From NCBI GenBank assembly GCA_963665815.1, contig OY762463.1:2368001-2432000 (forward strand): a stretch of 64,000 nt of DNA, given 5' to 3'. The translations under genes and the position numbers were made by a program. The notes under the pieces were generated by a model. That model saw nothing but the letters and a program-made list of their open reading frames with translations. It searched no databases and was not told the origin of the DNA. This DNA is from Candidatus Cloacimonadales bacterium (GTDB lineage Bacteria; Cloacimonadota; Cloacimonadia; Cloacimonadales; JAIOQZ01). This document shows positions 40,435 through 50,434 of the stretch, piece after piece (position 1 is the stretch's first letter; every line of letters starts with the position of its first letter).

Positions 40435-40890
40435 CTAATAATGATACTTCTTTCCGTTAATTATTGTACATGCTCTGTACAATTGTTCAGACAGTATAAC
40501 TCTGATCATCTGATGAGTGAATGTACTCTTAGAAAAACTTAAAATTTTATCGGAATTTGCAAGTATATTTTTGGATAATCCGTAAACTCCACCAATAACA
40601 AATTGTATTTTATAGTTGTTTTGCTCAATAAACTTTGCAAATTTTACGGAAGTCATCTGATCACCATGTTCGTCCAGAGCAACAGTCAGCATGGTCGGAT
40701 CAAGTTTCTTATGTATCAATTCCCCTTCTGCCTTTTTAACCATTTCAATATTGTTTGATTTCTTCAATTTAACATCGGGCAGAACATCTATTTTTATCTT
40801 AATATAAACGGATGCTCTTTTGATATATTCATCAAGAGCATCCTTAATATAGTTCTGTTTTGTTTTTCCAACACAGATAATTCTAATCAT
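40435..40890 (-). CDS. rlmH: 23S rRNA pseudouridine-1915 N3-methyltransferase
   Basis: FVIGG..G, TFTHQMIRVILSEQLYRA and C-terminal KYHY. Confidence 0.95.
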   Translation of the reverse strand: MIRIICVGKTKQNYIKDALDEYIKRASVYIKIKIDVLPDVKLKKSNNIEMVKKAEGELIHKKLDPTMLTVALDEHGDQMTSVKFAKFIEQNNYKIQFVIGGVYGLSKNILANSDKILSFSKSTFTHQMIRVILSEQLYRACTIINGKKYHY

Positions 40891-40893
40891 AGA

Positions 40894-41787
40894 TTAAGCA
40901 CTCAAAACTCCAAGAGCCATTGAAAGCATTTTTGTTTCAGCAGTATCTGCTCTGGAAGCGATAAGTACAGGAACCTGAGCTCCCATTACAACGTGTGCTA
41001 CTCTGTAGCCACAATAATATGTGAGGGCTTTCCCAAAAATGTTTCCGGATTCTATGTTAGGCACAACAAGAATGTCTGCATTTCCTGCCACTTCGGATTT
41101 AATACCTTTCATTCTGGCAGCCTCTTCACTGATAGCATTATCAAAAGCAAGAGGTCCATCAACGATACAACCTTTAATTTGTCCTCTCTGATTCATTTTT
41201 GCAATCAGAGCAGCATCAAGTGTACATTGCATCTTTGGGTTAACAACTTCAACAGCTGCAAGCAGAGCAACCTTTGGAACTTCTATCCCCATAGCATGAC
41301 CAACAGTTACAGCATTTTTTACAATAGATACCTTTTCTTTTACTTCCGGGTAAAGGTTAATTCCACCGTCACTCATAAGTATAAGTTTCTCAGGTGTTTC
41401 GTAGACAAGTACATCACTCAGAATATTACCTGTCCTTAAGCCTCTGTCTTTATCCAGCACAGCTTTCAACAACATTGCCGTATCGCATTTACCTTTAAGT
41501 ATCAGATGACCTTTTTTATCTTTAACAGCTTTTACTGCAGCTTTACAGGCAGCAGGCATATCATCACCGGTATCAATAATTTCAAAGCTGTCTTTGAAAT
41601 CAGCATGATTTTCTTCGAGGTGTTTTCTTATCCATTCTTCATTACCTGTAAGTAATGAATCTGCAAAATTCTCTTTTTTAGCGAGAACAGCGGCCTCTAT
41701 TGCGGATGGTGTGTGAGCTGCAGCAATTACTACAGTTTTATTTTCTTTTTCCTTCAGAGTGTTAAGCAGTTCTTCGAAGTTTCTCAC
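40894..41787 (-). CDS. ptb: Phosphate butyryltransferase/acyltransferase
   Basis: PKVALLAAVEVVN, VDGPLAFDNA, PNIESGNI and SRAD motifs. Confidence 0.88.
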   Translation of the reverse strand: MRNFEELLNTLKEKENKTVVIAAAHTPSAIEAAVLAKKENFADSLLTGNEEWIRKHLEENHADFKDSFEIIDTGDDMPAACKAAVKAVKDKKGHLILKGKCDTAMLLKAVLDKDRGLRTGNILSDVLVYETPEKLILMSDGGINLYPEVKEKVSIVKNAVTVGHAMGIEVPKVALLAAVEVVNPKMQCTLDAALIAKMNQRGQIKGCIVDGPLAFDNAISEEAARMKGIKSEVAGNADILVVPNIESGNIFGKALTYYCGYRVAHVVMGAQVPVLIASRADTAETKMLSMALGVLSA

Positions 41788-41798
41788 ATTTATCTCCT

Positions 41799-42665
41799 TT
41801 ATACTTTTCTGTTTATAATCATATCAATATCTTTTTCATAATCGACATAAGCATCTTTACGTATTTGTTTCAATGCCTGTTTCTGGATTTGTCTCACCCG
41901 TTCTCTGGAAAGCCCCAGTTCATCAGCGATCTGAGCAAAATTTCTTCCTTTCTCACCATCTAGTCCAAAGTAGGAACGAACTATATATGCGTCCCTTGAA
42001 GGAAGAGTATTTATGGATTCTTCAATCTTAGTCTGCATTCTATCTTTATAATAAAGGGTTTTAGGATCAAGTGTATCTTTATCTTCAATAAAATCCTTCA
42101 GATAAACAGTATCATTTTTACTGGAATAACTTATTTCATCGAATGACACAGTATCAACTGAATTTGTTTTCATGTTCATCAGGTCTCTTTTGGTCAGCGT
42201 AGTCTGTTCAACAAGAGAATCGTCGGACAGATGTTCTCCGGTTCTGTTAAATATTCTCTCCTGAATAGCCTTAACTTTATTGGCAGTGTTTGTTCTACCG
42301 AGTGGAACCCTGATCAAAGACGTTTTCTCAGCCAAAGCGAATAGAATACGCTGCTTAATCCACCAGACTGCATAAGATATCAGCTTGATCTCCTTGTATG
42401 GATCAAACTTCTCTATAGCTTTTATCAGCCCCATATTTCCTTCACTGATCAATTCAGACAGAGCCAGACCTCTATTCTGGTAATGAGAAGCTATTTTCAC
42501 AACAAACTTCAGATTAGATCGGATAAGCTTGTTAGTTGCAGCCATATCCCCCATTTTTGCCTTTACAGCAAGCTCATGTTCTTCTTCTCTGGTAAGAGTA
42601 TTAATATCTGCTATCTCATTCAGATATTTCTGCAACGCTTTGTCTTCAAAAACATTTTCTGCCAT
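41799..42665 (-). CDS. Sigma70-family factor without region 1.1 (RpoS/RpoH-like size)
   Basis: YLNEI, NLKFVVKIA, EGNMGLIKAIEKFD, SYAVWWIKQ and LSRERVRQI motifs. Confidence 0.92.
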   Translation of the reverse strand: MAENVFEDKALQKYLNEIADINTLTREEEHELAVKAKMGDMAATNKLIRSNLKFVVKIASHYQNRGLALSELISEGNMGLIKAIEKFDPYKEIKLISYAVWWIKQRILFALAEKTSLIRVPLGRTNTANKVKAIQERIFNRTGEHLSDDSLVEQTTLTKRDLMNMKTNSVDTVSFDEISYSSKNDTVYLKDFIEDKDTLDPKTLYYKDRMQTKIEESINTLPSRDAYIVRSYFGLDGEKGRNFAQIADELGLSRERVRQIQKQALKQIRKDAYVDYEKDIDMIINRKV

Positions 42666-42677
42666 TTCTAAATCCTG

Positions 42678-42989
42678 TTATACATTAAATTCATTAGCAT
42701 GATCACCAATAAAATCAAGTAATTCATCCGTATCCATTTCGAGCCTGTGAGCAAGCTCCATAATTATTTTGACTCCGGAAAAATTTATTCCATATTCCTG
42801 AGTCAGAGTAATTATCAATGTAATTTGTTCAATATCTTTTTTTGTGAATACTCGATAATTTGAGTCATTACGTGAAACATGAATCAGTTTTTTTCTTTCA
42901 TAAGTCCGGATTGTCTGATCATGTAGTCCGACAATTTTAGAAACTTCGCCTATTGAATAATATTTCTTTTTTTCGGAAGCCTTAAACAT
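42678..42989 (-). CDS. MerR-family regulator, HspR-like
   Basis: YSIGEVS..VGLH.QTIRTYER...R.....R.F...DI...LTQEYGINFSGVK. Confidence 0.8.
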   Translation of the reverse strand: MFKASEKKKYYSIGEVSKIVGLHDQTIRTYERKKLIHVSRNDSNYRVFTKKDIEQITLIITLTQEYGINFSGVKIIMELAHRLEMDTDELLDFIGDHANEFNV

Positions 42990-42999
42990 TATATTTCCA

Positions 43000-44088
43000 T
43001 CAGATTGATCCGAGAACTTTCCGCGGATTAACTGCTTTACCTTTTATTCTGTATTCAAAGTGCAGATGTGCACCGGTTGAATGTCCTGTATTTCCAAGAG
43101 TAGCTATGGGCTGACCTTTTGTAACAGTATCCCCGAGCCTTACAAGATTTGATTCATTATGGGCATAGACAGTCATTATGGAACCTTTATGCTCCAAAAT
43201 AATTACATTCCCGTATCCTTTCTGAACTCCTTCATAAACAACTTTTCCTGCAAGGGCAGCATGAATAGGTGTACCTATTTTAGCCGCGATATCAATACCC
43301 TTATGCGGTTTGCCATTTCTCAATCCAAACTCGGATGTTACTGTACCTTTGACCGGAAGAAAAACTTTTGCATTAGCCACAGTTTTTACTTTTACAGCAG
43401 CAGTTTTCACAGATGTCTTCTTCTTAATACTACTGTCAGTTTTTTTAACACCCGTAGAAGCGGTTTTCTCGGGAACAGTACCTCTCAACTTAAGTTTCTG
43501 GCCAACATAAATGTTGTTACTTTCAAGATTATTCAGCTGTTTTATATCATCAACTGTAGTCTTGTAAATCCTTGCAATTCCATACAGAGTTTCTTTTTTC
43601 TCCACAATGTGATACATGGAATTGTCTTTTTCTACAATTTCTTGGAACTCTTTAATTTCAGAATCCGAATCACCAACAAGCTTGAGTTTCTGTCCTTCAA
43701 AGATAGTAAATGAATCCAGTTTATTGAAATCCATAAGATCATATTCTTCAATACCATACATTTTAGATATTCTATATATGGTTTCACCTTTTTTTACAAC
43801 ATGAAATCCGTTTTCAGGAATATTTTTCTGAGTCACATAAACCTGTTGAGCATTATCTTTTGGTGAAAAATATATCTTCTGACCAATAATAATTTTACTG
43901 TTTTTTATATTATTATAGGCAATTAACTTTTCCTTATCAATACCATACTTCCTGCTTATGGAATGAATTGTGTCACCTTTTTTAACAATATGATATTTTG
44001 CTGACTTCGTAATATATACCGGATCAGCATAAGACATTGTAACGAAAATAAATAAAATTAAATTTACAACTAATAAACTTCGTTTCAC
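43000..44088 (-). CDS. LysM x3 plus M23 peptidase (NlpD/MepM-like)
   Basis: Three H.V.K.[DE]T LysM repeats; HKGIDI, YAHN and STGAHLHFE motifs. Confidence 0.92.
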   Translation of the reverse strand: MKRSLLVVNLILFIFVTMSYADPVYITKSAKYHIVKKGDTIHSISRKYGIDKEKLIAYNNIKNSKIIIGQKIYFSPKDNAQQVYVTQKNIPENGFHVVKKGETIYRISKMYGIEEYDLMDFNKLDSFTIFEGQKLKLVGDSDSEIKEFQEIVEKDNSMYHIVEKKETLYGIARIYKTTVDDIKQLNNLESNNIYVGQKLKLRGTVPEKTASTGVKKTDSSIKKKTSVKTAAVKVKTVANAKVFLPVKGTVTSEFGLRNGKPHKGIDIAAKIGTPIHAALAGKVVYEGVQKGYGNVIILEHKGSIMTVYAHNESNLVRLGDTVTKGQPIATLGNTGHSTGAHLHFEYRIKGKAVNPRKVLGSI

Positions 44089-44112
44089 CTGAAATCACCT
44101 TAACTTTTTAGT

Positions 44113-44379
44113 TTATCTGATTTCGAAAGATCCATAATCTGCGCTATGTTCAATCAAAGTTTCATTAACATTTTCCACAATAGACATTCTGGGACCTTCT
44201 TTAATCTTCGATTTAAACTCACTGATAAGTGTCTGATCACCCTGTACAATTATTTTTACATCCCCATTATGAAGATTTTTGACATATCCCGACAGTCCAT
44301 ATAATACCGCCTGAGTAAGAGTAAAATATCTGAAACCTACTCCCTGAACTCTTCCGGATACTGTCAGCTCTTTAGTCAT
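44113..44379 (-). CDS. acyP: Acylphosphatase
   Basis: VSGRVQGVGFR and GYVKNL.NGDV motifs. Confidence 0.95.
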   Translation of the reverse strand: MTKELTVSGRVQGVGFRYFTLTQAVLYGLSGYVKNLHNGDVKIIVQGDQTLISEFKSKIKEGPRMSIVENVNETLIEHSADYGSFEIR

Positions 44380-44521
44380 TCAAAATCCTTAAACTATCAT
44401 AGTAAAAATCGAATTTTAAAATAAACACAATAACCTCAATCTGTCAAATTTTATTTTAATCAGTTTTGCAGGAGCCGGATTATTATTTATTGTTATACTG
44501 AACAAAATAATTGAAAATCAG

Positions 44522-44734
44522 TTATTCACTATCTTCAAGTATCATTCTGGCAAAATCTTCAATATTATCTGCCTTATATATTGTAAGTCCCTTTTTTTTA
44601 TCTCCCAGAACAATCAATTTGTCATGAGGTTTTATTTTATAATACTCTCTGGCTTTTTTGGGAATTACAATCTGCCCTCTCTCACCAACTGTCACAGTTC
44701 CACAGATACATTTTCCATTTTTAAATTCAAGCAT
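44522..44734 (-). CDS. AbrB/MazE/SpoVT-family DNA-binding protein
   Basis: GTVTVGERGQIVIPKKARE; start moved to ATG 44734 behind GAGG. Confidence 0.88.
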   Translation of the reverse strand: MLEFKNGKCICGTVTVGERGQIVIPKKAREYYKIKPHDKLIVLGDKKKGLTIYKADNIEDFARMILEDSE

Positions 44735-44819
44735 AATTACCTCTATAGGCGTTTTCAATAATAATGCTGCAGCCCGGTTTTCTGTCAATAATAAATAAAA
44801 AAGTTGGAATCCCCCCGTT

Positions 44820-45030
44820 TTTTCTTGAAAATCTGACTTCAAGAAAATTGGAAGGATTTTTAGCAGACATTTCTTAGAAAAATGCACTCTTCATTTTCTT
44901 TGGTGCCAAAGAAAACGAAACAAAAGAAAATTTAGAAGTTGATGAAATTGTAAATTTCATCGAAAAGCACTCTTTTTAAAATGTATTTCCAGTAAACTGG
45001 AACCATAAATTTTTCCTAAAATCCTTCCAA
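44820..45030. other. Multi-stem palindromic non-coding element (MITE-like or structured RNA)
   Basis: Terminal inverted repeat 44848-44863/45016-45030, several internal hairpins and a mirror-repeat purine tract. Confidence 0.6.
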
Positions 45031-45226
45031 GGTTTCAGGATTTCTTAACGGTTAAATTTATTATACAGTAAAAAAGAGAAAATGCTATCATCAATGCAAA
45101 ACAATCATACTTAGTTCAAAGGTATTACATTGATTCATATTTTCCACTGGTTTACTGTTTCAATACTTTTATTTATAATAAGTTATACATACATTGTATT
45201 TGGGTTTCGGGGGAATGCCTATAAAT

Positions 45227-45260
45227 AAAAAAGAGGCTGTTGAAAATCCAACAACCTCTC
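45227..45260 (-). terminator. Intrinsic terminator downstream of the Ig-repeat lipoprotein gene
   Basis: Minus strand GAGAGGTTGTTG-gattt-tCAACAGCCTC-TTTTTT. Confidence 0.7.
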
Positions 45261-45418
45261 AGATTCATCTGACTATCTTTGTGAAGATGTAAACTGTCAG
45301 TATGGGGTAGGCTTTGACTATATTTTATCAAGATTATGTTTAGATTAAAACTGACAGAACAAAGTCCTGCCAGTTATATTGGAGTCTTCTGCGAATCTAT
45401 CTGTGATTTTTTTTACTA

Positions 45419-47599
45419 TTATGGTCCCGGAGGATCGTAGCGTACAATCAATACATTTGTATTGTTTGTAATGTCTGTACCTTCGATTTGAGCATTGATT
45501 TGAACATTCTGCTCGCCAGGAACACCATTTTGTGGTGGTGGACATTCATCAATACCAAATATAATTCTTGTCATTGCCATACCATTTACAAGTGAATTAC
45601 AATAACGTGGATCATCTGTTCCTTCAACTTTGTAAGGAGTTTGACCATTTCCATTTACGTAGAATTCGAAAACACCTCTGTCTGACCATAAACTGATTTC
45701 TGCATCTTTGATGTAGTTACCTTCCTGATCAGTTACTTCAAGAATTATAAGTGTTGATACTGTATCTGTAGCGTTACCTTGAGGACCATTGAAATCAACG
45801 TGACCAACTTGTGGGTACATTGTAAGTTGAGGTTCATTCATAGGCATTGCAAATTCAGTTGTTTGCGTTACACTACCACACTCAGCAGTTATTGTAAGTC
45901 TCTGGTTTGCATATGAGCCATCATATATCAATTTTGTGTAAGCAACACCAGCTGTAGAATCTTCTTCAGCATTAATGTTACCAACGTATGCTGCCGCATT
46001 AATTACAGCCCATTGAGGCTCAACAGCGTTTGGATCTGAGAAAGCTGGTCCTATAGAGAACCATACTGCTGTTCCCATAGCAACAGGGTTACCATAACGG
46101 TCAGTTACACTGGCGTTTACTTCGAGTTCCCAAAGACCACCGCCAATATTGTTAGCTGAGTTATAATCACCAATTGCCATATTGATATATCTTGGCATGC
46201 CACCATTAATAACGATATTTGATTTTGTAGCTGTAATAGCTGCAGGATCATTTACTGTCTCGCTGTTACTTACTTCAATGTAAACAGTACCGGATTCGCT
46301 TCCGCTGGAAACAGTTGCTCTGGCTTGTCCATTGTATGCTGTAACTTCAAGATAAGAATCTTCGTCTGTCACGTTTGTACCAATACGGCATCCTGCTGGA
46401 ATTGGTTGTTCTGATGCAAATCTGAAATACATATCTGTTGGTACATCAAGAAGATTACCAAAAGAATCATATAGATTTACAACGAGCTCAAATTGTTCTA
46501 AGCCACCGGTTCCCTGGATGTTAAGGTCAACTTGATCCTGAAAATCATACTGGATTGAGCTTAACTGAGAAGCACTGATTGTAAGTGCTGTTTCCGCATG
46601 AGCTGAATCTGCATCAGCCTGAATTGTTACAACCCCAGCTTGTGTTCCAACGCTGAATCTGTTTGTAACAGATCCATTATCATCTGTAGCCATCATTCCT
46701 GTTATGGAACCCATGGAAATTTCATGATCTCCTTCCATTCTGAAAGCTTTAAATGAAACATTAATTCCGTTCTTAACAGGATTATCGTATCTGTCGAGAA
46801 CCTGAGCCTGAATATCAGACCTCATTAAACTTACATCGTTCCCACCAATAACCAGATTAGTCCTTTCAGGTATTAAACTGATTTTGTTTGGACTGCCCGG
46901 ATTAACTGTTATCTCTTTTACAACCTTAACAGTATCAATTTCAATAGATACTGTTGCCAGCCCGGTTTTAGTTCCTGAGTTAAACAATGTTTTAGCAACA
47001 CCATTTGAAGCTTGCACCTGAGCTGATTGACCTACATCTGTTCCATCCTCAAGCTGAAAGTTACCAAGATCTGTTTTGAATGTAATAATTGTTCCATCCT
47101 GAACATTAGTATTATCAACATCTTTAGGATAAGCAACAATCTGAGATATCCTGTTAACAACCAGATTATCTACCGAGACTACATCAACTGTACCTACACC
47201 GGGTGTTTCAATGATATCAACGTAAACAAAGTCTGAACCACCCTTAACTTCGGCTGTTACTTTTGCAGTACCCTTATAACCATGATCTCTCAATATAACC
47301 GCTGCTATACCACTTGAATCAGTGACTGCAGAGTTCACAATACTTCCAAGAGAGGTTCTGAAATTAACAGCTACTCCCATCGGGGCATTGCCTTTTGAAT
47401 CGGAAACTTTAGCTTCGATTTTTGCAACAGTAATATTATTGTCGGCATAAATAGATATGTTCCCGCCCGTTCTTTCAAGTTCCTCGGGTACAAGTATTTT
47501 AACCGAGTAATTACCATTAGTTGTGTTTCTGTCATCACATCCGATAACCGATAAAAAAACAACCATTATGGCAACAAGTAATATAAAAGTATTTTTCAT
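45419..47599 (-). CDS. Surface lipoprotein with multiple invasin/Big_1-like Ig domains
   Basis: Lipobox VIGC; repeated V.D..GNPV..G..V.F and TD..G.A patterns. Confidence 0.8.
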   Translation of the reverse strand: MKNTFILLVAIMVVFLSVIGCDDRNTTNGNYSVKILVPEELERTGGNISIYADNNITVAKIEAKVSDSKGNAPMGVAVNFRTSLGSIVNSAVTDSSGIAAVILRDHGYKGTAKVTAEVKGGSDFVYVDIIETPGVGTVDVVSVDNLVVNRISQIVAYPKDVDNTNVQDGTIITFKTDLGNFQLEDGTDVGQSAQVQASNGVAKTLFNSGTKTGLATVSIEIDTVKVVKEITVNPGSPNKISLIPERTNLVIGGNDVSLMRSDIQAQVLDRYDNPVKNGINVSFKAFRMEGDHEISMGSITGMMATDDNGSVTNRFSVGTQAGVVTIQADADSAHAETALTISASQLSSIQYDFQDQVDLNIQGTGGLEQFELVVNLYDSFGNLLDVPTDMYFRFASEQPIPAGCRIGTNVTDEDSYLEVTAYNGQARATVSSGSESGTVYIEVSNSETVNDPAAITATKSNIVINGGMPRYINMAIGDYNSANNIGGGLWELEVNASVTDRYGNPVAMGTAVWFSIGPAFSDPNAVEPQWAVINAAAYVGNINAEEDSTAGVAYTKLIYDGSYANQRLTITAECGSVTQTTEFAMPMNEPQLTMYPQVGHVDFNGPQGNATDTVSTLIILEVTDQEGNYIKDAEISLWSDRGVFEFYVNGNGQTPYKVEGTDDPRYCNSLVNGMAMTRIIFGIDECPPPQNGVPGEQNVQINAQIEGTDITNNTNVLIVRYDPPGP

Positions 47600-47977
47600 T
47601 TTTCCTCCAACAGACTACTTTTCAAATTAATATTACACGTTCTGTGCCAATCAGTATTTACAGTATATCATCATATATAACAATCAGTTAAGCACAACTC
47701 ATCATAATTAGTATAAGTTGATTATCATATTTGATTTATGAAGTCGAACAGTACTATGTTTTTCCTCTGTATCCCACTGATAATACATTACTTACTCAAT
47801 AAAGGTCATTTCAGAGATTGTTTTCAAAATTGATAAGGGAAGAAATACAAAAAATGACTGCATTCAGTAATATGTCAGAATATCTGAAAATTGATGTATA
47901 ACAGATAATGAGTCATAATTTATTTGACAACTAAATATAAAATAACTTTCTGAAGAAAAAACAACTAGGAAGTATTT

Positions 47978-48763
47978 ATGAGTGCAGAAAAGGTAATTGA
48001 AATTCGTGATCTTAAAATGAAATATTCTCATGATGGTGAATATGTGTTAAACGGAATTGATCTTGATATCACCCCGGGGCAGATTATAGGATATATAGGA
48101 CCTAACGGTGCAGGGAAAACTACAACGCTGAAATTAATCCTCAACCTGCTTGAAGGTTATGAAGGAACAATATCCGTTTTCGGTCAAAACATAGCCATGG
48201 AAAAAGTTGATTACAAATATAGAATCGGGTATGTTCCGGAACATGGAGAGCTTTATGAAAACCTTACAGGATACGAAATGCTTGAGTTCTTCGGTAAAAT
48301 ATATAAAGTAAAAAAAGAGGCATTGGACTCAAAGATAAAACGTCTTACAGCACTATTCAAAATTGATGACAGTCTCCATGAAAGAATTTCGTCTTACTCA
48401 AAAGGTATGAAGCAGAAGCTGCTCATAATCTGCTCTCTTATTCACAACCCGGATATACTCTTCTTTGATGAACCCCTTAACGGTCTTGATGCTAATAGTG
48501 TGCAGGTTTTCAAGGAAATCATCAGTATGCTGGCAAAAGAAGGCAAAACAATATTCTACAGCTCTCATATTATGGATGTCGTGGAAAAAATCAGCAGCAG
48601 AATTATTCTGCTTAATAAGGGTAAAATTGTTGCAGACGGCACATTTGAAGAACTGAAATCAACAAGTATGTCAGGTACTCTGGAATCTGTTTTCAGTGAA
48701 ATGACCGGATTCAACGAATCAAAAGAAATCGCTGCCGACTTTGTTAACAGCCTCAAAGACTAA
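47978..48763 (+). CDS. ABC transporter ATP-binding protein (ABC-2/EcsA-like)
   Basis: GPNGAGKTT, YSKGMKQK and FFDEPLNGLD motifs. Confidence 0.95.
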   Translation: MSAEKVIEIRDLKMKYSHDGEYVLNGIDLDITPGQIIGYIGPNGAGKTTTLKLILNLLEGYEGTISVFGQNIAMEKVDYKYRIGYVPEHGELYENLTGYEMLEFFGKIYKVKKEALDSKIKRLTALFKIDDSLHERISSYSKGMKQKLLIICSLIHNPDILFFDEPLNGLDANSVQVFKEIISMLAKEGKTIFYSSHIMDVVEKISSRIILLNKGKIVADGTFEELKSTSMSGTLESVFSEMTGFNESKEIAADFVNSLKD

Positions 48764-48778
48764 TACCGGGAGAGTCGA

Positions 48779-50431
48779 ATGAAAAACTTTCTAATGATTC
48801 GATTTCTTGATCTGTTCAGATGGTTGTTCACAGCTCTGAACTATGACTATGAAACTATCAGAATGGTGCTTCAGCTTAAATTCACAGTGGCTTCGCGCCG
48901 ACCTATCATGAATCTGGGAGCAAAAAAGAAAAATAAAGAAATTAAGAACAGTACTCTTCCGGCAGTAGGATTCCACTTTTTTATGGGAATCATGGTTATT
49001 ACAATGATTGCGGGATTGAGTGAAAAATCAGTATTTATGGGAGTTGGACTTTTCTTCCTCATTCAGATGGTTTTCATATTCATGTCGCTGTTCGCAGAAT
49101 TCTCTGTGTCATTTCTGGACACTATTGATTCAACACTTTTATTACCGACTCCAATTGACAGAAAATCACTTAATGCCGCTAAAAACCTGCATATTGTATT
49201 ATTTTATCTGCAGCTTGTATTGGCTCTTTCAATTCCAAGCACAATATATCTTGGTAAAATGTACGGAATTGCCCCTGCTGTTGTATTTTTCTTATCGAAT
49301 ATTCTGTCAATGATGTTCCTCATCGTACTTATTTCGATTATATATGGACTGCTGATAAATAAGTTTTCCGGTGAAAAGCTGAAGGATATGGTAAACAGGG
49401 TGCAAGTCATAATGACTTTGATTGTAATTGGCAGCTATTATTCCACAGTCTACAAAATGGAATTCTTCATAAAACATGTTGAATCTATTGTGGACAGTAA
49501 ACTTATATATGCAATTCCACCACTCTGGTTTTCTTCACTTACAACAGCAATAATTGAAAAGAATTTCAGTACCCAATATATTATTCTCTCATCAGTAGCT
49601 TTATTCGTATCTGTTTTCGGATATATAATATATGTAAGATGGATTGCTCCGGAATATGAAAATAACCTTCTGAAATTCACAACTCATGATAAAGGGAAAG
49701 CAACAAAGAAAAAAGTCGGTTTCTTCAGCGGAATACTTTCCAATACTTCTTTTGCACCTTATTTTCAGTTGTCTGACAGAATGATTTCCACTGACAGAAA
49801 ACTGAAATTATCAATATTTCCAATTATTGGGATGGCAATATTCTTTTCGATTATATTCCCTATCTTAAAAAGTGATAATATTGCAGAGATGGGACAGGTC
49901 AGAGGGGAATCTATAATGATGTATATGGTATCATTGTTTTCCCTGCAGATTCTTATGTTTACGAACTACAGCGAGCATGCTAAAGCTTCCTGGCTTTTCC
50001 GCTATATACCGTTAGAATCTCCTGTGAATCTGGTGAAAGGTGCAGTTTTAGCATTATATCTGAAATTCCTGCTGCCAATGTATCTTGCAACAGGTATAGG
50101 TTATCTTGTTCTGTTCAAAGGGAAAATCCTGTTAGACGTAATTGCGTTCCTTCTGAATTCATCACTAATCTGTCTGGTATTTCTTCTTATCAGTAAAAGG
50201 GAATTACCCTTCTCAAATGAGTATCAGGGAAGATCTGCCGTAAACACAAGATCCTGGATTTTTTTATTTGCTACTTTTGTACTTGCTCCTGTAGTAGGTG
50301 GAACTCACTTCCTGATGATATGGCTGGAATTCAATATGTTATACTATATCCCGGTGCAGATAATCCTGTTAGCTGCTGCCTATAAAGGATACTTTGCCAT
50401 GACCTGGCAGGACTTGAAAGAAGTTCAGTAA
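48779..50431 (+). CDS. Putative ABC exporter permease 1
   Basis: Many TM segments; FLDT.D...L.P.P, PPLWF and LPFS motifs; follows the ATPase. Confidence 0.8.
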   Translation: MKNFLMIRFLDLFRWLFTALNYDYETIRMVLQLKFTVASRRPIMNLGAKKKNKEIKNSTLPAVGFHFFMGIMVITMIAGLSEKSVFMGVGLFFLIQMVFIFMSLFAEFSVSFLDTIDSTLLLPTPIDRKSLNAAKNLHIVLFYLQLVLALSIPSTIYLGKMYGIAPAVVFFLSNILSMMFLIVLISIIYGLLINKFSGEKLKDMVNRVQVIMTLIVIGSYYSTVYKMEFFIKHVESIVDSKLIYAIPPLWFSSLTTAIIEKNFSTQYIILSSVALFVSVFGYIIYVRWIAPEYENNLLKFTTHDKGKATKKKVGFFSGILSNTSFAPYFQLSDRMISTDRKLKLSIFPIIGMAIFFSIIFPILKSDNIAEMGQVRGESIMMYMVSLFSLQILMFTNYSEHAKASWLFRYIPLESPVNLVKGAVLALYLKFLLPMYLATGIGYLVLFKGKILLDVIAFLLNSSLICLVFLLISKRELPFSNEYQGRSAVNTRSWIFLFATFVLAPVVGGTHFLMIWLEFNMLYYIPVQIILLAAAYKGYFAMTWQDLKEVQ

Positions 50432-50434
50432 ATC

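Noticed and set aside
43681-43702. HAIR-like CTTGAGT inside the LysM/M23 gene
   Set aside because: The second half-site does not match ACTCAAG
38570-43804. Long plus-strand ORFs (e.g. 38570-39130, 40993-41439, 43159-43713)
   Set aside because: They are antisense to well-conserved housekeeping genes, with no RBS or motifs
44735-44887. N-terminal extension of the AbrB ORF (121 aa in the track)
   Set aside because: The RBS and domain boundary support ATG 44734; the extension runs into the palindromic element
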